Origin: Minutocellus sp. GHC0000111
Taxonomy: Eukaryota
DNA length: 64,000 nt
NCBI GenBank assembly: GCA_977018835.1
Contig: OZ361260.1
Span: forward strand, 2,170,001 to 2,234,000
Direction: 5' to 3'
The first letter of the stretch is position 1, and every line of letters starts with the position of its first letter. The notes below the pieces were generated by a model, which saw nothing but the letters and a program-made list of their open reading frames with translations, did not search any database and had not been told where the DNA came from. The position numbers were made by a program, and so were the translations under genes. Of the stretch, positions 11,737-23,312 are shown in pieces.

Positions 11737-12747
11737 ATGAGCACCAAAGAGACAGAATGGTCCGAGGACAAACTCCGCATGTTCACGGAAGCGGGTGAAT
11801 TGAACTGGATCGAGCGCGAGGTGGCATGGCTTGCTGAGTTGGCGCGTGTTGATATTCCGGACGATGATGTGGTCGTTATTGACGGAAATAATGAGACAGA
11901 TAGCGGCTTGATCGACTGGAACTATGTCAGAAGACGCTGTTCGGACGAGTTGCACGATGTAATTGAATCCAAGGCGGCAGCGGGGTTGCAGTGGAGTCGC
12001 AACAAAAAGCAGTCCTTGGTCCGTCAGAGCAAAAGTACATACTTTGATCAATATCGACAACTATTACGAAATGCACTCGATGGAGGCTACCGTCCTCCGA
12101 ATTGGGAGTCTCTGGGTGGCGATGCATGCAGTAAAAGTGTTGGGACAGATTCACCCCCAGCAGAGACGCCTCAAAAGAAGAGGGCCAAAACATCCGTGCC
12201 CGCCAATCCAAATGCTCGCAAGCGCAATTCTAGACAAAAGACCAAAGCCAAATCCAAATCTAAAGCCATCCCTCAAATCCAAATGGCATGTGCCCGGTCA
12301 ATGTACAACGTTGGAGACGAAGTAACAGCTGCCTGGTTCGACGATGAGGAAGGGACGTCCTGGTATGGCGGGAAGATATTGAGCTACGAGACAATCCAAA
12401 CAAACATAAGCTTTGGCGAAAGACGCACATATACAATTGAGTTTGATGACGGAGATGTTACAAAGGAGCCACTGGAGGACACGTGGGTATTTTCAAGGGA
12501 AGATTACAATTTGGATAGAGAGGTATATGACAAGAAGAGACAACTCAAGGGTATTATTAATGTTCTTCTAAAAGATTCGGCCGATCCATATGCCCGATCG
12601 CGAGGATATTATACCACCAAATTTACAGTGAACAAAATCTTTACCAGCCTTGGCGACGCAATGAGAGCATACGACAAGGAAGTCATTCGGCAAGAGGGCG
12701 ACTCGGTCAAGCGCCGCGAATTGAATTTGCCCGATGAATGGATGTAG
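11737..12747 (+). CDS. Hypothetical nuclear protein with Tudor-like domain
   Basis: YNVGDEVTAAWF...WYGGKILSY...YTIEFDDGD Tudor pattern; NLS-like PQKKRAK. Confidence 0.7.
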   Translation: MSTKETEWSEDKLRMFTEAGELNWIEREVAWLAELARVDIPDDDVVVIDGNNETDSGLIDWNYVRRRCSDELHDVIESKAAAGLQWSRNKKQSLVRQSKSTYFDQYRQLLRNALDGGYRPPNWESLGGDACSKSVGTDSPPAETPQKKRAKTSVPANPNARKRNSRQKTKAKSKSKAIPQIQMACARSMYNVGDEVTAAWFDDEEGTSWYGGKILSYETIQTNISFGERRTYTIEFDDGDVTKEPLEDTWVFSREDYNLDREVYDKKRQLKGIINVLLKDSADPYARSRGYYTTKFTVNKIFTSLGDAMRAYDKEVIRQEGDSVKRRELNLPDEWM

Positions 12748-12831
12748 CTGGATTTCCAAGGAGCACGATATGCGATAACGACATTATTGTGAAACTTCCA
12801 GCTAGACTATATATTTTCACTAGTGAAGTCT

Positions 12832-14244
12832 TCAGTCCAACTCCAAGGTCCAATCAAATTCTTTCCACTTCTTGGCGAAGCTCAGAACCATCGCCTTATC
12901 GCCATCTTTTGGCCTTTGCTTCCGCTTGAATCTCACCGGATCGAGCTGCATCATACCCGCAATGGTATCCAGTGCGAAATCTCTGGGAAAGTTGCTCGTT
13001 TCGATGATCTGGGCAAAGCCGCCGTCGGCGAATTCGCAATTGAAATACGAAAAACCCTTCGGTATGGTCCTTCTCAAGCCCTTTTCCTTCGTCGACAGCA
13101 GCTTCGTATGCGTCCCCCACTCCTCGGCCTGCTCGGTGAGGGCCGACTTGAAGTACATCGCAGCATCCTGCTCGACTCGTTTGGGCACCGGTACCACCTC
13201 CATCCGTGCTTGCCAAAGGTTCTTGGAGGGCAAGACAGTCTCGCAAAACAACACGCCCTGCCCAGTTTTGGCAAACATCTGCCGCAGCGACGTACGGAAT
13301 CGCTGCACTTCGTCCCATACCTCATCCTCGCAGGCACGGAAGGATTCGGCATGTCGGATCGGTACCAGGTAGCACGAATACTCTGTCAGCGCCAAGTTGG
13401 ACGGACACAGCATGAGCGACACGTGATTGCCCAACGCCAGCAGCCGGTGCTTCTCAAACGACGCCGATTCCATCCACCACCAGCATTTGTTGGTGACGGC
13501 ACTCAGCCGATCGTGCTGGGCCACCTGCCGAGCCCGCTCCCGCTGCGCCCCGGCGGCATCGGTGAGTCGGGCGGATGGGTCCTGGAACATGGACATGTCC
13601 GCCCCGCCCTCGATGCCGGAGTAGTCCACCTCGTCGGCACCCATGGACGCACCGGGCTGGTTCCCCTGATCGAACTCGCTGCCCTTGTACCGCGATCCGA
13701 TCCTTGCCACGTTGCGTGCAAAGGTCTCGTCCATGTTGCTAGCGCCGCTTTGTCGCTCGCGTTTCTCCTCCGCCACCATGTCGGCAATGGTCATGTCCCG
13801 GGAGGCCGCCGACGCCGCGGCCGCGGCATCTCTCTGCGAAATCTTGCCCTTGCGCGCCCCGTGCCGAAAGTCCTCGCGGCGGTACTGCTCACGTTGGACG
13901 GGTGCGGCTGCCTCGTTCGTAAGGACAATTGCCGCCTCCTTTGCATCGTCACCGGCAGATGTGATCTTGCCCCTCTTTTCCAGGCGAGCAATGACATCCT
14001 CGTTGCCGGATGATGCAGCAGCAGCAGCAGCAGCGGTCGGCGCCGACGTTGTGGCAGCGCTACCGGCAAGGCTTCCACCGCCCATGAGCCTCGCACGGAG
14101 AGCCTCGGCGGCCGCCTGATTGGCCTCGGAAGAAGATGAGGTAGCGGCTGGTGCTGCTGGTGCAGCGGCGGCACCGCCTGCCTCCTCCTGCTGAAGCTTG
14201 CGCTTCTTGCCCTTCTTCTTGCCGACGCGGATGCCCGACAACAT
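12832..14244 (-). CDS. CWF19L2: CWF19-like protein 2 (CwfJ C-terminal domains; spliceosome-associated)
   Basis: CYLVPIRHAES, EDEVWDEVQRFRTSL, QDAAMYFKSAL...EEWGTH, GLRRTIPKGFSYF, GGFAQIIE. Confidence 0.9.
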   Translation of the reverse strand: MLSGIRVGKKKGKKRKLQQEEAGGAAAAPAAPAATSSSSEANQAAAEALRARLMGGGSLAGSAATTSAPTAAAAAAASSGNEDVIARLEKRGKITSAGDDAKEAAIVLTNEAAAPVQREQYRREDFRHGARKGKISQRDAAAAASAASRDMTIADMVAEEKRERQSGASNMDETFARNVARIGSRYKGSEFDQGNQPGASMGADEVDYSGIEGGADMSMFQDPSARLTDAAGAQRERARQVAQHDRLSAVTNKCWWWMESASFEKHRLLALGNHVSLMLCPSNLALTEYSCYLVPIRHAESFRACEDEVWDEVQRFRTSLRQMFAKTGQGVLFCETVLPSKNLWQARMEVVPVPKRVEQDAAMYFKSALTEQAEEWGTHTKLLSTKEKGLRRTIPKGFSYFNCEFADGGFAQIIETSNFPRDFALDTIAGMMQLDPVRFKRKQRPKDGDKAMVLSFAKKWKEFDWTLELD

Positions 14245-14597
14245 GTTGTTTTGGGGAGGTGGTGGTACCGGCGTATCGATAAAAATGAGGCCACTTTGCA
14301 ACTTGCACCTGACTGAGATGATTTTTGACTGATTACCGATGAAGGGCAGACTGATTCCGACAGTCGTTATTCAACTGAACTGAAAAACGAGCAATACTCC
14401 TCACAATTCTCGTCTCTGCTCTGAGTAGGGGCGAAACGCAATGACCCGCGCTTGAGTTCATTGTGCGTGCGAGCGTGGAACGCATTGTCATCTCTGGTGG
14501 CGTGACCGGCGATCGGTTTTGGTGCAGTATCGGTAGGGGGATTCGACCAACAGCAAGCCTGCGTGTTTTATTTTTCACGACCGACTGCAGAGCGGCG

Positions 14598-17500
14598 ATG
14601 GAGGTCACCCATCTGACCCTCCCCGACAATCAGGCGGCGCTGGCGCCCTTTCCTCCTGGGTGTCCGGTTCTGGTTTCTGGCAGCAGTGGCGATAGCGAAC
14701 CCTCTACTACTACGTCTCCCCAGACGTATCTCGGCCAGATCCACAGCGTGTACATCGATCTGGGATCGACGTCCCGCAATAATTTTTATCGGGTCCGGCC
14801 CAGCTCGGCGGCATCAGCGACAGAAGCAGCTACAGAATTGCGCTCGGTTGCGGAATCTGCACTCACGTATGCGCCCGGTTGCTCCGTGACGGTCAATGCC
14901 TCGGCGTTGCCGCCCTTTGTAACCGAAGGGGGCGGTGGTGATACCCGAGACGCCACAATTCTTTCCTGCGTCGGGGGTGGGGGAAGCAACAGTTACTACC
15001 TATTGGAGGTGATGCCCGGGCCAAGCGATTCCTGGGCCAACATTCAATCGACCGTTCCGGTGGATTCTGTACGGTACCGCGTCCCCACCAAGGATTCGTC
15101 GGCGCTTGCAAGGGCACCTGAGCCGGCACCAGCACCTGCGGCCCAAGAACCACCACCAGCAGCTGCCAATGACAATGAGGACAACAACAATGACGATCAA
15201 GGTGCCCGGGTCATTAGTCCTCACCCGCACACGATTCCCGCCGATGAGGACGGCTCGTCGTTGAACTCATCGTCCCGTGCCCCGCCGGTTCCCTCCATCA
15301 CTATCAATACCGACCGGAAGCGATCGGCAGAGCAGTTGGATTGTGACGGGGGATCTTCCACGCTCTCACCGATGCCGACCGATGGGAGCATTAGCGTTGC
15401 CTCGAGTAATGCCATCGCCGAGGAGGTCGTTCGTCGCATTGATATTCCTGAGACTGTGGATGCCAACAAGATCAAGGGGGCTCTTGTTGGTCCCGGGGGC
15501 AAGATCAATGGGCGAATGCAGACCAAATTCGGAGTTATCATTTCAATTTTGGGCCTAGACGACGCCGTCTCTTCTTCTGTGGTGGATTCATTCTCCAAAC
15601 TCGGCCCGATCTCATTCACGGCCGGAGATAAATGCATCATGATTCAGGGCTCCGAGCGCAAGGTGCACGATGCGGCCAAGGTTGTGATCCATATGTTGGT
15701 GAACAAATGCTATGATGGCAATGACAAGAATGCCCTGACGAGGGAGCTGCGTGTCGTACGGCAGGTACGGAAGAAGGCCGAGCTATCTCCCCGAAGCGAA
15801 TCGGCGAGGGCAGATTTGCCGTCGCCAACAAAGAAGCTCAAGACAGGGCCAGCAGCTACAGGATTTCATGCCGCCCAAGGGTCGGAACAAGCACAACATC
15901 CTGCCCAGCGGGCGTCAGAGGAGGAAGCACAACATTCGGGCAGCGTTGAGGTAGTATCGGAATCGCACCTAGCGCATAACAACCGAGGGGATGCAATTTC
16001 CCGTCCTCCCATGGCGACTCCATATGGACGAGATCAGTGGAGAGTTGTCTTGTGGGCCCCATTGGATGAATATCCCACGGCAGATTTTGTTGGCTCTGTC
16101 GTGGGGCATCGCGGTTCAACGCACCGGAAGCTCGAGGCAAAGTACAACGTGCGAATTTCAATACGATGTGAAAAAAGTGGTTCAAAGACGGGCAATAAAC
16201 TCGAACCGCTGCATGCGATCATCATTGGCAGCTGCAACCAAACTGTAAACGATGCAGCAAATCAGGTAGCTGAAAAATGGAACGGCGAGACAGCAAATTT
16301 GAGGCCTGCGCCGTGCCCAACTTTACCGTCAGCTTGCCGTCAGCTCTTAGGAGAATCATCCTTTGATGGTCAGCATTGGAACATCGATGTCAAGTCGCCA
16401 TTAGACCCATATTGGAGTTTAGCTGGTAATGCGCTCGGCAATACTGAGACATTCAAATGTATAATTGGCGAAGGAGGCTGCAAAAAGAAAACCTTTCTCG
16501 CCATGTTCAAAGGAGAAAGCTTTTTCTGCCTTCGTGGGGGTGGAATACACGATCAGAATGGGAAACCAACGGATGGACCTCTTAGAGTACACATCAAAGG
16601 GCCTGATCTCGCCGTTGTAGAGAATGCCGCAGCGCATATATCGCGAGTGCTTGTCGATGAGATGGCTGGGAATGGTTCTCTTTCCCAATCTGAAAGCTAT
16701 TATGGCCCCGCAGGAGCCAACCGAGCCAGACAAGCGCGAAGCGTAACGTCGCCGCCTACTTCAGAGGGTGACGCCGCCCCCCTGGCTGCGGCAGCAAAAG
16801 ATCCGGTCAAGCGCGGATGGAGCCCGCCAATCGAAGATGACTCTAGCCCTGATGTTAGCGACCAAAACATTTCGCGTGATTCTCGCGGAGAAACTGAGCC
16901 GCCCAATCCCCTTTTCATGGGTATGCCTCGATTTGACGGTAAGAACTGGGGCATTGATGTTCGCTCACCCATAGATCAAAATGCATTATTTGGACGCATT
17001 ATTGGAAAAGAATCCTCGAGAAAACGCGAACTGATCGACATGTTTGGCGGCAAAGTCTTCTTCTGCCTTCGTGGGGAGGGCGTCCGCAAGAAGGACGGCA
17101 TGACAGGAGAGGCAGACATAAGCGGCCCTCTCCGCGTCTTCATTCAGGGTCCCGACTCGGAGATTGTTCAGAGTGCTGCAGAATATGTCGCCGGTCTTTT
17201 GGATAGAAAGCCGCCAAAAGCTACCACAGATGGCCCACCCAGCGGCAGCGCCCTGCTATACAGCCAACATCAAGCAACTCTTTCTGATCTCCCTGCTGGA
17301 CCCATGTGCCTAGTGAGCGACCCTGTTTGGGTCGGAGGTCATAGAGCAACCTACTGGCAAGTCGTCGTCAAGTCACCGATTTCAGAAAGAAGTTTATTTG
17401 GTTGCCTTGTTGGCGAGGGCGGCGAAAATAAGAAAATGTTGGAACGAAAGTTCAGCGACGCCTTCTTCAACATCCGCGGGGAAGGGGTTCCACTAAGAAA

Positions 17501-18464
17501 TGGGGGGCAAAGTGAGGGCCCTTTGCGTGTCGAAGTAGAAGGAAACAACAAGGAAAATTTGCTAACTGCTGCCCGACACGTTGCCGAGATTCTTCTCTCC
17601 GACTTGCATTCCACGAACAATGATCAATTTAGATCCACCGGACTTGACGGTGTAACGGCGCAACCAACTTCGGAAACTCGCGCTTTGCTATCAGGAAATC
17701 CTCTGTATGACGACCAATCATCAACATGGTTCTTGGATGTATTCTCGCCTCTTGATCAGTGTTCGACGTTTGGTGTACTCATTGGTGAAGGGGGCAAGGA
17801 GAAACAAAAGCTAATCCAGATGTTCGACCGTAGAGTGTTTTTCTGTCTCCGTGGCGACGGTCTTCAATCCAATAATGCCGCTGGCGATAGCAGTGGCCCT
17901 CTTCGCGTCTTCGTTCAAGGGCCTGCTCCTGATATTGTCATTTTTGCCGCAGAGCATATTGCCGGTATTCTTCTAGAACAAAAGAGAGCCGAAGATTCCT
18001 CGATGCCGAGAAATTCAAGTTATCGGGCTGACTTTTTTGGTCATTACGGTGATACTAATATTGAGTATGGGCGTGATCGGCAGCGAACTCACCCCCCTCA
18101 GAGTGGTTCGCTGGAGGTTTCGATGAAGCTATTGGGAAAACCTTTCCATACAGGAATGAGATGGGCTATGATGGTCCACTCGCCTTTGGATGAACAACCT
18201 TTGTTCAATGTCATTGTCGGTGGCGGAGGTGTGAACAAGAAAAAGCTAACCAGGGCGTTTCCTAATGTCTTCTTTACAATCGCTGGGAGAGGAGTCCGTA
18301 GCAATGTAAGTGTTCGGATGACACATTGTAAGAGCGACGATCCACTTCACGTTCTGGTCGAAGCTGCTGACAAGGAGGTCTTACTGGTGGCTTCGAAACA
18401 CGTGGCTACGATCGTGTCTGATGCTGCTGCTGCTGCTGCGCAATCATCTCATCGTTACTATTAG
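14598..18464 (+). CDS. Large RNA-binding protein with about 7 KH domains (SF1/KHDC4-like) and N-terminal Tudor-like pair
   Basis: Repeated GxxG-type loops (VGPGG, VGHRG, IGEGG, IGKES, VGEGG, IGEGG, VGGGG), most followed by FFxxRGxG...PLRVxxxG. Confidence 0.85.
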   Translation: MEVTHLTLPDNQAALAPFPPGCPVLVSGSSGDSEPSTTTSPQTYLGQIHSVYIDLGSTSRNNFYRVRPSSAASATEAATELRSVAESALTYAPGCSVTVNASALPPFVTEGGGGDTRDATILSCVGGGGSNSYYLLEVMPGPSDSWANIQSTVPVDSVRYRVPTKDSSALARAPEPAPAPAAQEPPPAAANDNEDNNNDDQGARVISPHPHTIPADEDGSSLNSSSRAPPVPSITINTDRKRSAEQLDCDGGSSTLSPMPTDGSISVASSNAIAEEVVRRIDIPETVDANKIKGALVGPGGKINGRMQTKFGVIISILGLDDAVSSSVVDSFSKLGPISFTAGDKCIMIQGSERKVHDAAKVVIHMLVNKCYDGNDKNALTRELRVVRQVRKKAELSPRSESARADLPSPTKKLKTGPAATGFHAAQGSEQAQHPAQRASEEEAQHSGSVEVVSESHLAHNNRGDAISRPPMATPYGRDQWRVVLWAPLDEYPTADFVGSVVGHRGSTHRKLEAKYNVRISIRCEKSGSKTGNKLEPLHAIIIGSCNQTVNDAANQVAEKWNGETANLRPAPCPTLPSACRQLLGESSFDGQHWNIDVKSPLDPYWSLAGNALGNTETFKCIIGEGGCKKKTFLAMFKGESFFCLRGGGIHDQNGKPTDGPLRVHIKGPDLAVVENAAAHISRVLVDEMAGNGSLSQSESYYGPAGANRARQARSVTSPPTSEGDAAPLAAAAKDPVKRGWSPPIEDDSSPDVSDQNISRDSRGETEPPNPLFMGMPRFDGKNWGIDVRSPIDQNALFGRIIGKESSRKRELIDMFGGKVFFCLRGEGVRKKDGMTGEADISGPLRVFIQGPDSEIVQSAAEYVAGLLDRKPPKATTDGPPSGSALLYSQHQATLSDLPAGPMCLVSDPVWVGGHRATYWQVVVKSPISERSLFGCLVGEGGENKKMLERKFSDAFFNIRGEGVPLRNGGQSEGPLRVEVEGNNKENLLTAARHVAEILLSDLHSTNNDQFRSTGLDGVTAQPTSETRALLSGNPLYDDQSSTWFLDVFSPLDQCSTFGVLIGEGGKEKQKLIQMFDRRVFFCLRGDGLQSNNAAGDSSGPLRVFVQGPAPDIVIFAAEHIAGILLEQKRAEDSSMPRNSSYRADFFGHYGDTNIEYGRDRQRTHPPQSGSLEVSMKLLGKPFHTGMRWAMMVHSPLDEQPLFNVIVGGGGVNKKKLTRAFPNVFFTIAGRGVRSNVSVRMTHCKSDDPLHVLVEAADKEVLLVASKHVATIVSDAAAAAAQSSHRYY

Positions 18465-18590
18465 GTATACATAAAGTGTAGTCGCCTAAAAATAGACTAT
18501 GCAATGACCTGAGTCTGTCTACTTAATTAGTAGCTAGAGTAGATCACCGCATACCGGTACGGCCTACAACCTGCGCCAACAATTTACTTT

Positions 18591-19704
18591 TCATCCATGG
18601 ACCAACCCATTGCCAAAGCTTTCGAATGGGTTTTCGCCACTTCCTTCCTCATAACCTTTCAAAGCATCGCCAACCATTCCCAGCGACAGACGACCAACAT
18701 ATCCAGGTCTCATGGAACCACAATATCCCAGAGAACCAATCTCCACGGGATTCCGAAAGCTGAAATTGAACATGGCCCTTGTGCTGCCCTTCTCGGCATC
18801 GTTCGCATTGCCGCAGTGCAATACCCTAGCATCAAACAGAACCGCATCGCCCTTCTTCAACAAAGCCAGCCGTGCATTTGCAGTGGATAGTTGTTCATCT
18901 TTCAGATTGTAATCATCAAACGTGTTGCGTTCCTCAAGTGTTTGCGTGCCCAGTAAAAATGTCGTCGGTCCCATTTCTTCGGTAACGTCTTGCAACGCCA
19001 AAAAGATGACATAAATGGGGTGATTCCCGTCGATGTGGCAGGTCCGGATGAACTTGTTGCCTGTCCGACCCAGGGTTGGTAATCACGGTCGCAAACTCGT
19101 AAAACTCCCCATCGGGGCCAACCAGCTCATCATATATCGGCCTAAGCGTGCCCTCATCACCCAGTATTTTATTCAGTACGTCGGGAATCATGGTTTTGTC
19201 TGCCTCGTCCGCATTCTCATCGGCTACCAAACTCAGAAGCAAATCACATCTTGCTTTGCGCCGATTTTCCACGCCATAATACTCGGTACTAACATCCAAA
19301 TTCTTTTCCGTCTCCTCATCGGCCAAACGCTGCTGTCTCAAAACATACTCGCGCAGCCGGTCACACGTCGGACCATCCAGGGCATGGTCAATCCTCAAAA
19401 CTCCGTCCTTGTCGACAATCTTGCGCTGCTGCGCCGCCAGTCGCTGAGCCGGCTTGCGCTTGTCGGACGATGCTGCACCAAATCCGGAACCGCGCTTCAC
19501 CGGCGCCTTCTTGGCCTTGGGGGCCTTGAGAGGTTTGATGTTGGGCCCCAGCAGGTCGGCCTCGACGGCAGCCCGGCGAGCTCTCGCGTCCTGTTGGTCT
19601 TGATATAGCAGGTCGGTCGCGGAATATGCCGCAGAGAATGCCGAAACTTTCGGGGATACAATTGAGGCGATGCCCAGCAGGGCTATTGCTCCTGAAATTC
19701 TCAT
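18591..19704 (-). CDS. Plastid-targeted PhyH-family 2OG-Fe(II) dioxygenase; one frameshift at G-run 19017-19020
   Basis: Signal peptide plus VSA|FSA; PGSDRQQVHPD (HxD); ALQDVTEEMGPT; GDAVLFDARVLHCGNAN; removing one C gives SPIYVIFLALQD. Confidence 0.82.
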
Positions 19705-20044
19705 CGTTGCCGTATCGTTTGAGAGAGGCAACTCAGTGACGTATTGGTGTTGTCTTCCGATTCCCTGTCGGTGGGTCGTCGTACTACGTAGCCTAGTAGT
19801 TGTTGCAGACTGAGTGAGGATGAAGGGCGACGGCCAGACTAAAAGACATTTTTTGATAACGCAAAGGGAACTGCCGCCCGCCCTCAGGGGCGGCGGGGGG
19901 GCATGGGCGGGGGCGGAAGCTCGAAGCACAAACACAAGCAAGCAACCGAACGAGCGGTATCTCCCTCCTGAACCTGCCTGCCCCTTGGAGTCAAGACAGA
20001 GAAACGGCAGCACAGTTAGATACCACGCAGCCCACATTTCCTTC

Positions 20045-23000
20045 ATGCCGCGAATGGCCGGCCGCAAGCGTGGGCGGCGTCTGACTTCAAGATCAAGCGG
20101 CGGTGGCTTTCTCTCGACTTCCGCCTTCGCTCTGATCGTGCCTGCGTCTGCCTCCTCGGCCCTCATAGTTCTTGCTGCATGCACCCTCATCATGGCGGGT
20201 GGTGGTGCCTTGGGAGCGTCGGCGCCGGTTCCACAGACGCACCCTGCCTATTACGATCTGCTCCGCACATCGCCGGAGGAGATGGGGGGTGATCGCAACG
20301 CGGACCGATCCGACTGGTCAGTGCAACGTTGTGGAATTCAAAGTCCGAGATGAAACGGACGACCCCGAGCAGAATAACACCAGGACGCTGTACCTGGCCG
20401 ATATTACGGCACTTCTTCCGTACACCATTCGTCACTACCACTCGAATTCTTGCCCAACCTGCAATGTTCACCCTGATGACGCGATATCTCGACCGGGTGT
20501 GACGGACGATGCCGCCGCTCTTCTGCTGGCTGTAACTCACTTCAACCAGGGCATTACCCCGAACGTTCTTGGTTCATTGAAACCCGACGTGCGAAAGAAT
20601 TACGAAGGGTGCAATGTGAAGCTAACGACAGAGCTATTTGATACTGGATACAGTTCTATCCAATCGACGCGGTTGCTTTCGGATGTCCTGGATCGACCTC
20701 ATACGGAAGAGACGGCGCCCATTGAGCCTCTTCCCGCTGCAGTCCTCGGTGCATTCCGTAGTGCCTCAACCTCACCGACGGCAATTCTTTCCGGAGTGAG
20801 TGATCTGCCACAACTTTCCTATCGTTCCTCGTCGACAGACTTTGACAACAAGGAGCAGTATCCCTACTTTGGCAGGACGGTGCCCAGCAGCTCAAGCGAT
20901 GCCAGTGCTGTGATTTCCTACCTGCAGTATCTGGAGGTCGAATATGTCGGTGTGATCTTTGTGACGGACGCGTTTGGATCAAGCTTCCAAAAGTCTCTTC
21001 AGGATGCAGCTGGAGAGGTCGTCCCCCCTATCCGAACCGACAGTGTGAGTTTTGGTTATCGGATGGAATTGGATCCTCGAGACAATGTCATGGCTGATGA
21101 TGGCAGTGACTCCGACAACAAAGATGATGAAGTGCGGAATGCCGTTGCAGGTTTGGCCTCGACAGGATATCGATATTTTGTCGCCGTCGTTGGAGAGGAG
21201 CACTATGACCGCATAATGAGAGAAGCCTCGATGCAGGGCCTTACAGGTCCAGAGTACGTCTGGATTTTTGTTGGCGGGGTAGATCGGAAGGTTTGGCAAA
21301 ACCTTGCCCGATACCAAGAAGGTAAGATTTACAATCATTTTGTCTTTTTATCGTTGTGCATTCCATCATATCATTTCTAATTCGTAATTCTTGTTTTGTT
21401 ATTTGCATTCAACTAGACGATGCCCTTGCGAGTGCTACAAATGGCATTGCTATCTTCCAAGCCGAAAGCACTCAATTTGACAAGGCAATAATTGCCGAGA
21501 CGGGGATGATGCAAGTTAATGACTCCGACTCTGCGTCCTCCGCCACCACTACCGCCAACGATCGGTTTCGCAAAGCATGGTCTGACGCCATTTCCGATCC
21601 AGTAATGTCAGAGTATTTTCTAGAAAAGCAGCCGACGGACATTATTCAGAAAGAACGGCAGCAAACTGAAATCTTCAGTGCTGAACCAAGTCAGTTCTCT
21701 TATTTGATTTATGATGCGATCCAATCTCTCGGTTTGGCCATGTGCCAAATGTCAACGAGCGGTTCAGGGCCTTTTTACCCCGGACCGCTTGTATATGAAC
21801 AATTTTTGGAAACCTCGTTTGAAGGAAGCTCGGGCCAGCTCGATATTGATCCGGCTACCGGCACACGGGCTGCAGTTGGAGTGACCTACACTGTGTGGAA
21901 TGCTCGTTCGGCCTCAACATCGAAACAAGGAATCGTCGGCTTTGACTTGCACCCGACGACGCACATTGTACCCCTACCAGACTTGGATGACAAAGACAAA
22001 TCACAATTTGTGCTAGAACACGTGCAGCCATTCGTTTACAACGATGGGACTTCGCAGCAACCAGATTCTTTATTTCCTCCTGAGGTGAACCAGAATTTAA
22101 TCGGGGACGCCGGTAGGACGGTTGGATACGTTTTGATGGGCATTGTTATCTTCCTTGGCCTCATTTTCTTACTCTGGGCATACTTGAAGCGAACATCCAG
22201 AGTTGTGCAGGCCTCGCAGCCTATATTTATTGGCCTTGTGATTGCCGGTTGCGTTGTAATGAGCACTGCGACCATTCCACTCAGCATGGAAGAAACCACT
22301 GTGGAGGACGAGAGCGGACTTGATATTGCCTGTATGGCAAGCCCGTGGATTTACTGTGTCGGCTTCACGATCGCATTCTCTGCACTATTGACCAAGACTT
22401 GGAGTGTATACCGGATTTATCGGAAACCAGAAGTTGATACCATCACGCTTCGACCAGTGCACTTTGCCAAGACACTGGGTGCTCTACTTTTGGTCAACAT
22501 CATTGTTCTTTTGACATGGACCTTCGTCGCACCTCTCAAATGGACCCGTGTGGAGGGAGAGTCCAAGGACGCATTCGATCGGTCAACAGATTCTCATGCA
22601 ACGTGCTCTGCAGAATCAGGCTCGGCACTTCCTTTCCTCCTAGTCCTGGTAATTTTCAATCTCGGCATGCTGATCGTTTCCAACGTCTTGGCCTACAAAT
22701 GCAGAGACGTTTCCATCGAATACCAGGAGAACCGCTACATTGCCATATCAATGGCCAGTATCTTGCAAGCATGGGCAATGGGCATTCCGATTCTAATTGT
22801 GGTCAAAGATAGCCCACAGGCCAAGTTCTTTGTGGAGGTGGCAATTATCTTTGTTACATGTTCAGCCATTCTGCTTCTCATGTTTGTTCCCAAGATGTTC
22901 TCCTACCGAGCAGAAAAGCGAAAGATACTGGAAGAGGAGCGGAGGAGTACCATGCGCAGTGTCAACGCCAGGATTAGTCAACGGGCTAGGGACTACGACG

Positions 23001-23239
23001 AAGAACCAGACAACCCGGACGAGGAAAACGAGGACATACCTGTCAACGATAACCCGCAGGCTGCGAGTGGTTACTCTGTAGGATTTGAATCAGCACCACC
23101 TTCAGAACAACGCAACAACACCACGATTACGGAAACTGCCATGACTGAGGTGGAAGGTGGGGAAAAGCCGTCCGTACTAAAGCAACAAAATGGAAATTCT
23201 CAAAATGGAACCTCTGGTTCAGAAGAGACAAGTAAGTAA
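20045..23239 (+). CDS. Class C (GABA-B-like) GPCR: Venus-flytrap domain plus 7TM_3; frameshift near 20283-20330; intron 21322-21416
   Basis: AVLGAFRSASTSP, PQLSY.SSST.FDNKEQYPYFGRTVPS, GLTGPEYVWIF; TM region ASQPIF, CMASPW, FSALLTKTW, ENRYI, FVPK. Confidence 0.88.
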
Positions 23240-23312
23240 AAAGTGAGATTATCAATACATATGGACTTAGTGTAAATTTAAATATTTTTTATGTACACTT
23301 CTACCATGTTGC

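Noticed and set aside
9678..14013. Antisense ORFs 9678-10820 and 12823-14013
   Set aside because: Mirror frames of RWA and CWF19L2, explained by codon bias
14490..14560. tRNA-like GGGGATTCGACC
   Set aside because: No acceptor stem or cloverleaf could be built
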